This document shows positions 42,632 to 53,054 of a DNA stretch of 64,000 nucleotides, in pieces. The translations under genes were made by a program, and so were the position numbers. The notes below the pieces were generated by a model that worked only from the letters and a program-made list of their open reading frames with translations, made no database searches and was not told the origin of the DNA. Each line of letters begins with the position of its first letter. The stretch's first letter is position 1. Origin of the DNA: Gammaproteobacteria bacterium (GTDB lineage Bacteria; Pseudomonadota; Gammaproteobacteria; Eutrophobiales; Eutrophobiaceae); assembly GCA_965222155.1 (NCBI GenBank), contig CBDCTH010000012.1:576001-640000 (forward strand), in the 5' to 3' direction.

Positions 42632-42684
42632 GTGTGTGCTGCTGGTTTATGATTGAGTATTTTTACTCTGACCCCCAAATATCC
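42595..42684. repeat. Short palindromic element GGGGTCAGAGTAAAAATAC...GTATTTTTACTCTGACCCC; other copies at 47116-47172 and 54802-54886
   Basis: Terminal inverted repeats; interior of the 54802 copy resembles the reverse complement of this one. Confidence 0.85.
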
Positions 42685-42731
42685 TATCTACTGGATTCCG
42701 GCTTGCGCCGGAATGACGCTATAATTCAAGC

Positions 42732-44483
42732 ATGAGTCAAATCGACCCTGTTGACGTTGCCATCATCAGCGCGCGGCTGTCTTCCATCTGCAAGGAGATG
42801 GGCGAGACCATGTTGCGCACTTCACGCTCGCCGATATTTTCGGAAGCGCGGGATTTCACCACCGCAATCTTCGATCACAATGCGGAACTGGTGGCGCAAA
42901 CCATTTATATCCCCGACATTGCCGCTTCCACCCCGTTTACCGCCCGCGCCATCGCAGAACGTTTTGCCGGGGATATCCACGAGGGCGACCTGTTTGTCTT
43001 GAACGACCCTTACCGCGGCAACAACCACCCGCCGGACCTGAACGTCATGAAACCGGTATTCCATGACGGGCAGTTGCATTACTGGGTGCTGTCCAAGGGT
43101 CACCATGCCGACATGGGCGGCGGCGGCGTAGTGGGCTACAATCCCCAGGCCCGGGATGCCTGGGAGGACGCCCTGCGCATCCCCTGCCTGCGTCTTGCCG
43201 ATAAAGGCGTGCTGCGCGAAGACGTTCTGGATTTTATCCTGTTGAACGTGCGCGCCAGGGACCTGGTGGAGGGAGACATCCAGTGCCAGATCGGCGCGGT
43301 CAACCTGGGCGAGAGGAGGCTGGCAGCATTGCTTGACCGGTACGGCGCCGCTACCCTGTCCGCCGCCACGGCGGAGATACTGGACGCTACTGAGCGCCGG
43401 GTACGCGCCGACATCGCCGCTATCCCGGACGGTGAATATTATGCGGAGCGGGCGATCGACCACGACGGTGTCGAGCTGGACAAGAGCCCCGTGGTAAGAC
43501 TCACCCTGAAGATCAAAGGTGCTAACGTCACCTTCGATTATACCGGCAGCGACCCGCAAGCCGTCGGTTACATCAACAGTACCCTGCCGAACACCAACGC
43601 AATGAGTCACCTGGCCCTGTTCGCGACCGGCGCCATCAGCAACGACATTGATTTCAACGATGGTGCGGTGCGACCCCTGCACGTCATTGCCCCTGCGGGG
43701 ACGATAGTGAACGCAACGGAGCCCGCGCCGACCTCGTGCTGTACCCTGTGCGTCGGCGAGGCCATGATCGAGGCAACCTGGCTGGCCCTGGCGCAGGTGA
43801 TACCGGACCAGGTCCCGGCGCTGTGGGGGCGCTGGTGCGCGCCGGCCACCATGGGGATTCACCCCGGCACCGGCCGCTTCTTTGCGGATATCCACTTCAT
43901 GAGCAAGGGTGGCGGCGGCGCGGTGCTCGGTTATGACGGCTGGGACCATGTTGGTACGCCGGTTACTCTGGGCGGCCTGCGCGCGCCTGACCCGGAACTG
44001 CATGAACTGGTAACGCCGTATAAATTAATCGAATATGAAATCGAACCGGACAGCGCCGGCCCCGGCCAATGGCGCGGCGGTTTCGGCGTGCGTTATACCT
44101 TTACCATTGAAGGCGACAACATCGCCTGCGCCAATTTCGGCAGCGGCGCCCGGGATTTCACCGCGCCCCTGGGTATCCGGGACGGACAAGGCACAACCCC
44201 GCACCGGATGACACTGGAACACGCCGACGGCAGCCAGGACGAGATAGACGGCAATCGCATGTACACCCTGAAACAGGGAGATACCATGACCATCGTCTCC
44301 AGCGGCGGCGGATTCGGCAACCCCTGGCAGCGTAACCCGGAAGCGGTACTGCGCGACGTGCGCAACGGCCTGGTTTCCATGGCTGCGGCCCGGGAGAAAT
44401 ACGCGGTCGCCATCCGTCACGACGGTACCACCCTGGGCTACAGCATTGCGCAGGATGAAACCGCGCAACTGCGGGCTGCATAG
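42732..44483 (+). CDS. Hydantoinase B/oxoprolinase subunit
   Basis: RTSRSPIFSEARD, NDPY..NHPPD, HHADMGG, SAGPGQWRGG, GGGFGNP. Confidence 0.95.
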   Translation: MSQIDPVDVAIISARLSSICKEMGETMLRTSRSPIFSEARDFTTAIFDHNAELVAQTIYIPDIAASTPFTARAIAERFAGDIHEGDLFVLNDPYRGNNHPPDLNVMKPVFHDGQLHYWVLSKGHHADMGGGGVVGYNPQARDAWEDALRIPCLRLADKGVLREDVLDFILLNVRARDLVEGDIQCQIGAVNLGERRLAALLDRYGAATLSAATAEILDATERRVRADIAAIPDGEYYAERAIDHDGVELDKSPVVRLTLKIKGANVTFDYTGSDPQAVGYINSTLPNTNAMSHLALFATGAISNDIDFNDGAVRPLHVIAPAGTIVNATEPAPTSCCTLCVGEAMIEATWLALAQVIPDQVPALWGRWCAPATMGIHPGTGRFFADIHFMSKGGGGAVLGYDGWDHVGTPVTLGGLRAPDPELHELVTPYKLIEYEIEPDSAGPGQWRGGFGVRYTFTIEGDNIACANFGSGARDFTAPLGIRDGQGTTPHRMTLEHADGSQDEIDGNRMYTLKQGDTMTIVSSGGGFGNPWQRNPEAVLRDVRNGLVSMAAAREKYAVAIRHDGTTLGYSIAQDETAQLRAA

Positions 44484-44612
44484 GCATCATCTCAGAGGCC
44501 GGGTGTCATGTTGTTACTGCGACCGACCTCGATGGTGCGCTGACCGGCCGGATTGAATTTCCTGTCCCTGATCAAAATTTCGTGTGTAATATAACTGTTG
44601 TAATCACCTGGA

Positions 44613-45901
44613 AGGAATCTCTATTTATTCGGTCAGATGATATAATAGCGGTGACTTATTTCAACTTTTTCCTCAAGGTGGTTTCATGAAGACACAAGAC
44701 ATATTCGGTTCGTTGTTTGACTTGCAAGACACCCGCTTGAATAAACTGAAGGATCCCCTGGTGCGGTTGGGTGAGGTAGTGGACTGGGAGGCGTTTCGTC
44801 CGCTATTGGTGCGTATTCGACCCACGACCCGCAAGCGCAATGCGGGCGCCCCGCGTCGGGATGAGGTGCTGCTGTTCAAGGGGTTGGTGATACAGCATTT
44901 GTACGGGTTGAGTGATGAGCAGTTGGAATATCAGCTTGAAGATCGGCGCAGTTTTCAGCGGTTTATGGGGTTGGATAACTATCATCGGGCGCCGGCTGCG
45001 AAGACCTTCTGGGCGTTTCGTGAGAAGTTGGTGGAGCTGAAATTGATGGAGGAACTATTTGCACGGTTTGCCGAGCAGTTAGCAGACTTGGGGTATCGGG
45101 CGCGCAAGGGGCAGTTGGTGGACGCGTCCCTGGTGCCGGTGCCGGTGCAGCGCAACACGCGCGAGGAGAATGCGGCGATAAAGGCGGGGGAGACGCCTGC
45201 GGGCTGGGACGATGAGGCAGCCAAATCCAAGCGGCGGCAGAAGGACGTGGAGGCACGTTGGACGAAGCAGCGGGGCAGGAGTCATTACGGGTACAAGAAT
45301 CACGTGAACGTGGACAACAAGCACAAGCTGATACGCACGTATGCGGTGAGCGCGGCGACTGTGCATGATTCCCAACTGCTCGATGAGTTGTTGGATGAGC
45401 ACAACAGCAGCAAGGCGATATGGGCGGACCGCGCCTACCGTTCCAGGGAGCAGGAGGAACGCTTGCAGGCCCAGCGCTACCGCAGCCACATTCAGCGCAA
45501 GGGGCGCCGCAACAAGCCGTTGACGGCGTGGGCGCAGCAGGGCAACCGCACGCGGGCCAAGGTGCGGGTGCGGGTGGAACACGTGTTCGGGGCGCAGTGT
45601 GCGACCCGGGCCAAGCTGATACACTGTATCGGGCTGGCGCGCAGTGAGTTGGCCATAGGGATGCTGAACCTGGTGTATAACATGCGACGATTGTGTTACC
45701 TGGAAGGGGTCAGCGCGCCCGCATGACGGGGAACAGGCATAAAAGGGTGTTAAACAGACACCTGAAGGGGTCAAACAGCCCGTTTGGTGGGTAGACAGAG
45801 GCCCATCAGCGCATGTATGGCATAGCTTTATATACAAACATAGTCCGCTTGCCTGCTCACGTAGGCAATGTGCCAGAAAACGTCAATAAATAGAAGTTCC
45901 C
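44613..45901 (+). mobile_element. IS5-family insertion sequence, apparently intact
   Basis: IRs AGGAATCTCTATTTATT / GGGAACTTCTATTTATT (rc); TGGA on both sides. Confidence 0.9.
44686..45726 (+). CDS. IS5-family DDE transposase
   Basis: LSDEQLE..DRRSFQRF, VDAS, HYGYKNH, ADRAY, RVRVEHVFG. Confidence 0.95.
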   Translation: MKTQDIFGSLFDLQDTRLNKLKDPLVRLGEVVDWEAFRPLLVRIRPTTRKRNAGAPRRDEVLLFKGLVIQHLYGLSDEQLEYQLEDRRSFQRFMGLDNYHRAPAAKTFWAFREKLVELKLMEELFARFAEQLADLGYRARKGQLVDASLVPVPVQRNTREENAAIKAGETPAGWDDEAAKSKRRQKDVEARWTKQRGRSHYGYKNHVNVDNKHKLIRTYAVSAATVHDSQLLDELLDEHNSSKAIWADRAYRSREQEERLQAQRYRSHIQRKGRRNKPLTAWAQQGNRTRAKVRVRVEHVFGAQCATRAKLIHCIGLARSELAIGMLNLVYNMRRLCYLEGVSAPA

Positions 45902-45914
45902 TGGAGATAAATTA

Positions 45915-47096
45915 ATGAAATGGCCGGCAAAACGGATAACTGAATCCTCAACCAAGTCTTTCGGCATGTATGAAAAGGCGATACCGCTAATGGAACAGGG
46001 TATCGATGTCATCCATCTTGAAGTCGGCATGCCCAGTTTCGATACGCCTGCACATATCAAGGAAGCCGCCAAACAGGCCCTTGATAATGGGCAGGTTCAT
46101 TACAGCGACTTCCGCGGGGTACAGAAGTTCCGGGAGGCTCTGGCAGGGAAGGTAGCGGAGCGAAATCACATTGCCGTTGATGCTGAAGAGATCCTTGTTT
46201 GCAGCGGTCTGACCCATGCGGCCTATGCGATCTGTATGGCGGCGATAGACGCCGGAGATGAAGTCATTGTGCTGGAACCCTTTTACCCGCAACACGTAAA
46301 TAAGATTGAATTGCCCGGTGGCAAGGTGGTACCCGTACCGCTCGATAAGGCAAACGGCTTCCGCATAGATGCCGAAGCCATAGAAAGAGCTATTACGCCC
46401 AACACCAGGATGATAGCCCTGGTCAATCCGGCAAACCCGACCGGCAGGGTGTTCACGTACAGGGAACTCGAAGCCCTGGCGAACGTTGCGAAAAAGCATG
46501 ACCTGCTGGTCATGTCGGACGAGGTATATGAACAGATCACTTACGACGGCAACAGGCACATCAGTATCGCTTCCCTGCCCGGCATGAAGGAGCGCACCTT
46601 CACCATGTTTGCTTTTACCAAGGCCTATGCCATGGACGGGTGGCGTATGGGGTATATCGCGGCAGACAGGAAATTCATGTCGGCCATCCTGAAAATCACC
46701 ATGAACGACATTGCCCATCTCAACACGTTCATACAGGAAGGGGGGTATGCCGCCATCAAAGGCTCACAGAATTGCGTGCGGGAGATGGTAATTGAAGACA
46801 AGCAACGCGGTGATCTCGTTGTCAGGAGAATGAACGCCATGCCCGGTGTCAGTTGTAAAGCGCCGGAAGGGACCATCTACGCTTTCCCCGATGTCTCTGC
46901 CACCGGATTGCCGTCACAGCAGATCGCCGATGAAATCCTCGAACAGGCGCATGTCGTCGTGGAGGCCGGTACGTTTTACGGCGCCAACGGTGAAGGACAC
47001 CTGCGGGTCTGTTTCGGCGCCGAGCCTATTGAGCGCATAGAAGAGGCGATGAACAGGCTGGAAAAATACTTTGTGAAGCTTGATGAAAGCGTGTGA
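45915..47096 (+). CDS. PLP-dependent aminotransferase class I/II
   Basis: NPANPTG, SDEVY, FTKAYAMDGWRMGY. Confidence 0.93.
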   Translation: MKWPAKRITESSTKSFGMYEKAIPLMEQGIDVIHLEVGMPSFDTPAHIKEAAKQALDNGQVHYSDFRGVQKFREALAGKVAERNHIAVDAEEILVCSGLTHAAYAICMAAIDAGDEVIVLEPFYPQHVNKIELPGGKVVPVPLDKANGFRIDAEAIERAITPNTRMIALVNPANPTGRVFTYRELEALANVAKKHDLLVMSDEVYEQITYDGNRHISIASLPGMKERTFTMFAFTKAYAMDGWRMGYIAADRKFMSAILKITMNDIAHLNTFIQEGGYAAIKGSQNCVREMVIEDKQRGDLVVRRMNAMPGVSCKAPEGTIYAFPDVSATGLPSQQIADEILEQAHVVVEAGTFYGANGEGHLRVCFGAEPIERIEEAMNRLEKYFVKLDESV

Positions 47097-47177
47097 TCAG
47101 CCTATTGATTATTGGATATTTGGGGTCAGACACCTGCCAAACTGACTGTATTTTTACTCTGACCCCAAATATGCGGG

Positions 47178-48803
47178 CTAGATAAACGGCAACACTTCCC
47201 TGAGGTTTGCCAGGGTCAGTTGTTCGCGCTGGTCCTCGTCCAGGTAGGGGATGCCGATGCCGTATTCTTCCCAGCGTGCGCGGATTTTCTGCTCCAGTTC
47301 CGGTTCGAGCTTGCCTACCGGCGGGAAACTCTGCCCGTTCCAGTCTTCGTTTTTGCTCAGTTCCCAGTTGCGGGTGGCATCGACCAGGACCCGGGTCCAC
47401 TTGCCGGTGCGGAAGCGCGGCATGTCCACGACGTCATGGGAAACGGAGGGATCCAGCGGTGAACCGAATGTCGGGCCGACCATCATTACCTGGTCCATCC
47501 CTGCATTCACCCGGAAAGCGATAGCCCATTCCAACGCCAGGGGATCGCGGATATCGATATCTTCTTCCACCACCAGTACGTGTTTGAAAAACCACTGGGC
47601 CGCGCTGGTCCCCCATAGGGCCATGGCCACCTGTTGTGCGTGGCCGCGGTATTGCTTGCGGATTTGTACTACGATGTGTGTGCCGGTCGAGACATGGGGG
47701 CACCAGACATCGGTGACGCCGACCACCCCGGCGACTTCCAGCATATTCCAGAAGATGGCCGACCAGCTATAGGAGCAGAGGATGGAATCCTCCGACGGGA
47801 AGCCGGGCCGGCAGCCCTCCAGGGTGCCGCGCATGATGGGATCGTCCCGGTGGGTAATGCAGGTCACCTCCAGGGTGGGCTTGGGTGACGGCGTGCCGCC
47901 GGCGTAACCGGGATACTCGCCGAACGGGCCTTCCATACGGTAACTCCCGGGGTCCGGGTCCAGGTAACCTTCGACAACAACCTCGGCGCCTGCCGGTACA
48001 ACCAGGTCCACGGTCTCGCATTTGACCAACTCGATGGGTTTACCCAGGATGGCGCCCATCATATCCCATTCGCAGACATGGCGTGGAAACGGACTGCCGG
48101 CACAGAACGGCACTACATCGTGGGCGCCGTAGGTGATGGCGACGGGCATTTTTTCCTCGTTCTGCCGGTAACCGGTGAGGTGTCCGCCACCGCCCTGGGT
48201 TGGCAACATTACCTTGGCAATGTGGTTCCTGTCGACGACCTGCCCGCGATAAAGGCCGATATTCTCCCTGCCGGTGTTACGGTCTTTAGTCACGACTCCG
48301 CAAAAGGTGTCCAGGTATCGCCCCCCGTCCAGTTCCTGCCAGATGGGCGCCGGGAATTGATTCAGATCAATGGTGTTGCCGGTCAGGATGTTCTGCTTGA
48401 CCGGTGAGTGATCGACAATAACCGGTTCCACGGGGTTGGTGTAGGTGCCTTTCAGGTGGCGGACAATATCTTTATCAGTGGTTCCCGGCGGCAGTTCCAG
48501 CAAAGCACACAGTTGCCGTTTATTGCCCATGCCACAGGTAACAAAACGGGTGGAGAGGGTATCCTGGTAATCCCTGATGTTTTCAAACAGCAGGGCGGGT
48601 CCAGACAGACCCAGGTTGACGCGGGTAATGGCGCCCAGTTCCAGGTCGGAATCCACCTGACATTGAATTTGTCTGAGTTGATCCGCTTCATGCAACTGCC
48701 GCAACCAGGATCGCAGGCTGACTTCACCATCCGCCAAAGGGCCCAGGCCTGCGTCAAGATTGTCTGTATCCGGCATCAGCATCGCCGGGCCAGGTGTTGC
48801 CAT
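47178..48803 (-). CDS. UbiD-family (de)carboxylase
   Basis: PALLFENI, DGGRY, NIGLYR, EGPFGEYPGY. Confidence 0.93.
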   Translation of the reverse strand: MATPGPAMLMPDTDNLDAGLGPLADGEVSLRSWLRQLHEADQLRQIQCQVDSDLELGAITRVNLGLSGPALLFENIRDYQDTLSTRFVTCGMGNKRQLCALLELPPGTTDKDIVRHLKGTYTNPVEPVIVDHSPVKQNILTGNTIDLNQFPAPIWQELDGGRYLDTFCGVVTKDRNTGRENIGLYRGQVVDRNHIAKVMLPTQGGGGHLTGYRQNEEKMPVAITYGAHDVVPFCAGSPFPRHVCEWDMMGAILGKPIELVKCETVDLVVPAGAEVVVEGYLDPDPGSYRMEGPFGEYPGYAGGTPSPKPTLEVTCITHRDDPIMRGTLEGCRPGFPSEDSILCSYSWSAIFWNMLEVAGVVGVTDVWCPHVSTGTHIVVQIRKQYRGHAQQVAMALWGTSAAQWFFKHVLVVEEDIDIRDPLALEWAIAFRVNAGMDQVMMVGPTFGSPLDPSVSHDVVDMPRFRTGKWTRVLVDATRNWELSKNEDWNGQSFPPVGKLEPELEQKIRARWEEYGIGIPYLDEDQREQLTLANLREVLPFI

Positions 48804-48985
48804 GGTTTCTCTCCAGGTGTTTTGGTAACCGTCTTGTATCTCGAGAATGTGGACAATAGCGGGACAGATTTTAAATCTGTCCCGTTACTTTCCGGTTACC
48901 CGAAAGAAAGGTTTTGACCCCTGATATGACATGTTTATCATACCAGCATGTTGGCTTATTTGTTACCTGATGCGGGGGAGGCAGT

Positions 48986-50020
48986 ATGAAAGCGTTGATC
49001 TATGAACAACATGGCGGACCGGAGGTGTTGCAGTACCGGGATGTGCCCGACCCCGAACCTGGCCCGCGGGACGTTGTTATCAAGGTCGCGGCAACGACAA
49101 TAAACCACCTGGACGTGGCACAGCGCAACGGCTGGTTCACCATCCCCGGGTTCAGCCTGCCGCATATTTCCGGTATGGACGTTGTCGGTACGGTGATCGA
49201 GTCAGGGCCCGGGGTTACGCGGGTGAAACCGGGCGAACGGGTGCTGGTCAACCCTTCCATGTCCGAAGTCCCCGAGGGCTCGAAGCTGGCGGGTATGGAC
49301 GACCTGTACGGCATTCTCGGCGTCATAGGCGGCAGCGTCGCCGGTGGTTACGCGGAAAAATGCCTGGCGCCGGAGACCCACCTGTACCCTGTTCCCGATC
49401 ACATGTCATGGCGCCGTGCCGTCGTCTTCCCCACCTGCTGGATGACCGCGCATCACGCCCTGTTCGAGATAGGCCGGCTCAGGGCCGGCGAGACGGTGAT
49501 GATCCACGCCGCGGGCAGCGGCGTGTCCGTTGCCGCCATTCAATGGGCCAGGCAGGCGGGAGCCACGGTCCTGGCTACTGCCGGCAGTGGAATAAAATGT
49601 TCAAAAGCGTTTGAACTGGGTGCCGAAGACACCTGTAATAACCGCACATTGGACGTGGCGGCCTGGGCGCGGGATATGACAGGCGGCGCCGGTGTTGACC
49701 TGGTGTTCGACCATGTCGGCGAGGCTTTGTGGGAAGCCTCACTGACGGCGCTCAAGCCACGCGGTCGCCTGGTAACCTGCGGCGGCACTTCGGGAAATTC
49801 GCCGGTTATCCCGAACCTCGGCTACCTGTATAACATGGGCCTGAAGATCCTGGGGTCCGATCCCTTTCGCTATAAGGAATTCGGTCCGGCCTGGGATCAA
49901 TATTGTGCAGGCGACTTCCAGGCGGTCGTGGACAGCGTATTCCCCCTGGCCGAAGGCGGGAAGGCGCAGGAGAAAATGCTCAGCGGCGCATTCATCGGCA
50001 AGATCCTGCTGGAGCCGTGA
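48986..50020 (+). CDS. MDR-family (quinone) oxidoreductase
   Basis: HGGPEVL, NHLD, HAAGSGVS, GKILL. Confidence 0.9.
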   Translation: MKALIYEQHGGPEVLQYRDVPDPEPGPRDVVIKVAATTINHLDVAQRNGWFTIPGFSLPHISGMDVVGTVIESGPGVTRVKPGERVLVNPSMSEVPEGSKLAGMDDLYGILGVIGGSVAGGYAEKCLAPETHLYPVPDHMSWRRAVVFPTCWMTAHHALFEIGRLRAGETVMIHAAGSGVSVAAIQWARQAGATVLATAGSGIKCSKAFELGAEDTCNNRTLDVAAWARDMTGGAGVDLVFDHVGEALWEASLTALKPRGRLVTCGGTSGNSPVIPNLGYLYNMGLKILGSDPFRYKEFGPAWDQYCAGDFQAVVDSVFPLAEGGKAQEKMLSGAFIGKILLEP

Positions 50021-50146
50021 GTGCGTTTGAGGTTTTCTGACAGTAAAATATGCAGAACCGTCGGTGCTATGTTAATGGACTGGATTCCGGCTTTCGCCGG
50101 AATGGTATAACTTCGATTTCGTGAGGCGCCTGCGGGGTTTAATCCC

Positions 50147-50635
50147 TTATTCGCTGTTTCCCCAGACCTCGCAGGCCTTCTCGTAGACCCCCTGGTCGTA
50201 TGAGAATTCCACTATATTGCTTTCAGGGTCGCGCAGAAAACAGATGTAGCCGATGCGTTTGGGCATTTGCTGCGGACCGAGGATCAGGCAGTCGGCCTGT
50301 TTCGCCCTGGCGGCTATCTCATCAACGGTTTGTTTATCCGGCACCTCGATACCGATGTGGTTGAACGGTCCCAGCGGCGGGTGCTCTACGGGGGCAAACG
50401 GGTCGTGGCCGGGGAAGAACTGGCCCAGCACCAGGATGAAAGGGCTGTCGCTGCGGGTCTTGTCACCGAGCCAGGCCGAGTATCCGTCCTCGTCCTCTTC
50501 ACGGTCCAGCAGGCTGAGGTGCGTGAACTCCTCATACCACGCAATCACCTTATCAATATCCTTCACGTGCAACGCCAGGTGCGTCCACGTGGGCCGCTCC
50601 GGACGAAGTTCATGTTGTGGTTGTTCGGGGTTCAT
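50147..50635 (-). CDS. VOC/glyoxalase family protein
   Basis: THLALHVKD, HIGIE, LRDPESNIVEFS. Confidence 0.88.
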   Translation of the reverse strand: MNPEQPQHELRPERPTWTHLALHVKDIDKVIAWYEEFTHLSLLDREEDEDGYSAWLGDKTRSDSPFILVLGQFFPGHDPFAPVEHPPLGPFNHIGIEVPDKQTVDEIAARAKQADCLILGPQQMPKRIGYICFLRDPESNIVEFSYDQGVYEKACEVWGNSE

Positions 50636-50650
50636 TGACCGGTATCCGGA

Positions 50651-52963
50651 TCAGTTCCAACTGTACCTGACCGAACCGATGACCTCCCGCGGCGGGATAT
50701 ACTCGTTGCTCGTCGTCCACAGGCCGTACGGATTGGTGAAGACGTTATTGATCCCGTTCTTGTCGAAAACATTGGTTACGCTCAGGTTGAAACTGATAGG
50801 CATATTGCCCACATCATAGGCAAAATACAGGTTGACCAGGTCGTAGCTGGGCACGGTGTCCACCCGCGGATGATTGAAGATGCGGGCCTGGAAGTCGCCC
50901 CGATGGACATACTCCACCCGCGAACTCAATTCGGAACCGTCGGAGAAGGTGTGGGTGTTCGTCAGGGCGACACGCGCAGTGAGATCCACCAGTTTCGGCG
51001 GCTTGTTGCCGTTGAGATTGTTGGCGTTGTTCATCCTGATCCGTTCCTCAACGGCGCCCGGGGTAAAAAGACCCAGTTGGAAAGGTACCAGTGCGGCCTG
51101 GAAATCCTCAACGTCGAGCGCGAAAACGTCCGACTTCACCTTGCCGTCCTGCCAGGCCAGCATGCCGTCGAGTTGCCAGCCATCTGCGACCAGCCAGTTC
51201 AGTTCGGACTCTATACCGTACTCCTCCGATTTGGGGATGGTCCAGGTGCCCCCGGCGAACGGCGTCGGGTCCTCGTAGGTGTACTGCATGTGCTCGTGGT
51301 CGTAATAGAAGGCCGTGACATTCAGACGCACGCGCCCGTCGAGAAAGGTATTACGGGTGCCCAGTTCGTATGCCGTCACCTCCTCGGGCTCGAATTGGCT
51401 GGGTTTGAATGTCCCGGGACTACCGGAACCACCGTTCTTCCAGCCGGTGGATACCAGGCCATAGACCAGATTGTCCTCGGTGAGGTGCACGTCTATCCCT
51501 GCCTTCCAGGTCACTTCCGAGTCGTTCGTTGTCCGGCGACCATCACCAAAAATGCCGAAGAACTGGGACGTTTCATCGAGCTGGTCCTCGTCCTGGTAAC
51601 GCACTCCCGCGGTCACGGCGAACATATCGTTCAGCCGGTACGTAGCCTGCCCGTAGAAGGCGTAATCCTCACGGGTCACGGTACGAACTTCGGTAAAATT
51701 CAGATGGGACTGGAACGGTGGCAGGGTTTGAGCAGTCAATTGGGAACGAGGCAGGGACGCCGGTGATGCCGAGAACGGCCCCGGACCCGTGGCTTCCAGG
51801 AAGTCGTTGAAGTTCTCGTGGTGCAGGTAATAGCCGCCAATAACCCAATCGAGTTGCTCACTACTGTAGCTGATGCTGATCTCCTGGCTGACGGCATCGG
51901 AATCATTGTCCCAGAACGGCAATATGTCCCAGTTGTTAAATGCCCACCCGGTATTATTGATCAAAGTGAGATCTTCATTCAAGCGGTCGCCGTCCACCGA
52001 CTGCTCCTTCCTGAGCACCTGCCAGCCGGTAAGCGACTTGACCGTTACCCCCAGAGGGGTCGCCCACTCCATGATCAGCGATGCGCTGTAGTTCTCCATT
52101 GCGAAGATGCCGGGGTAGTCTTGGGACAGTTCACGCAGGTCGCGGTTGGGGTCGTTCACGTTCTTCTGCGCCGCCGCATGGTGGTCGGCGTCGTGTATGA
52201 ACACCTGTGCGTGGGCCGAGAAGTCTTCCGACGGTTGCCACAGCACCGCCAGTTTGCCGGTGAAGGAGTCGGCATCATCCAGGTCGTAACCGTCCAGTTC
52301 ACCGCCCTCAATCTCCGAGAACCCATCGCGTTCGTACTTCTGAACTGCGGCCCGGAACGCCCAGGTGTCGGAAAGCGGCACGTTTATCGAGGCGCGTCCG
52401 CGGATATTGTCATAAGTTCCGTAGCTGAGCTCTACAGAGCCTTCCAGATTGTCGAAATGGGGCTTCCTGGTCACGATGTTGATGGAGCCGCCGGTGGTGC
52501 CCTGGCCGAACTCCGTGCCCTGCGGGCCGCGCAAGACCTCGACCCGCTCCAGGTCACCGAGGTCCAGGCCCATGGCCAGCGGGTTGGCAAGATAGATGCC
52601 GTCGATATAGGTCAGCACGCTGGGCTGCGTCGTGAGGTTCTGGGCCGTTTCCCAGCCGATGCCGCGAATGGTCACGACACGGCCGGCGCCGTCGTTTTTC
52701 GCAACAACGAGCCCGGGCACGTAGCCGTTGAAGTTGTCCAGCCTTACGACATTGGATTTATCGAAGTCCTCGCCGGACAATACCGATACTGCAATGGGCG
52801 CATCCTGGAGTGACACCTCGTGTTTGCGCGCAGTCACCACGACCTCTTCCAGGACTGATTGCGCCAGGGCAGGTAGCGGTGCAATCATGGTTGAAGTGAC
52901 AGCCCCGGCGACGAAAAGCTTTACCAACTGATACACGTTTTTCTCGAACTTGATCATTACCAA
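50651..52963 (-). CDS. TonB-dependent receptor
   Basis: LEEVVVTARK, ERVEVLRGPQGT, C-terminal PREVIGSVRYSW. Confidence 0.93.
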   Translation of the reverse strand: MVMIKFEKNVYQLVKLFVAGAVTSTMIAPLPALAQSVLEEVVVTARKHEVSLQDAPIAVSVLSGEDFDKSNVVRLDNFNGYVPGLVVAKNDGAGRVVTIRGIGWETAQNLTTQPSVLTYIDGIYLANPLAMGLDLGDLERVEVLRGPQGTEFGQGTTGGSINIVTRKPHFDNLEGSVELSYGTYDNIRGRASINVPLSDTWAFRAAVQKYERDGFSEIEGGELDGYDLDDADSFTGKLAVLWQPSEDFSAHAQVFIHDADHHAAAQKNVNDPNRDLRELSQDYPGIFAMENYSASLIMEWATPLGVTVKSLTGWQVLRKEQSVDGDRLNEDLTLINNTGWAFNNWDILPFWDNDSDAVSQEISISYSSEQLDWVIGGYYLHHENFNDFLEATGPGPFSASPASLPRSQLTAQTLPPFQSHLNFTEVRTVTREDYAFYGQATYRLNDMFAVTAGVRYQDEDQLDETSQFFGIFGDGRRTTNDSEVTWKAGIDVHLTEDNLVYGLVSTGWKNGGSGSPGTFKPSQFEPEEVTAYELGTRNTFLDGRVRLNVTAFYYDHEHMQYTYEDPTPFAGGTWTIPKSEEYGIESELNWLVADGWQLDGMLAWQDGKVKSDVFALDVEDFQAALVPFQLGLFTPGAVEERIRMNNANNLNGNKPPKLVDLTARVALTNTHTFSDGSELSSRVEYVHRGDFQARIFNHPRVDTVPSYDLVNLYFAYDVGNMPISFNLSVTNVFDKNGINNVFTNPYGLWTTSNEYIPPREVIGSVRYSWN

Positions 52964-53054
52964 CCCCCATATTGTGAACAGTTGTATTTTTGTTTAATTT
53001 TGTGACAAAAACTACAATGAGACTTGCACAAATGCGCCTTTTTATTTGACAAAA

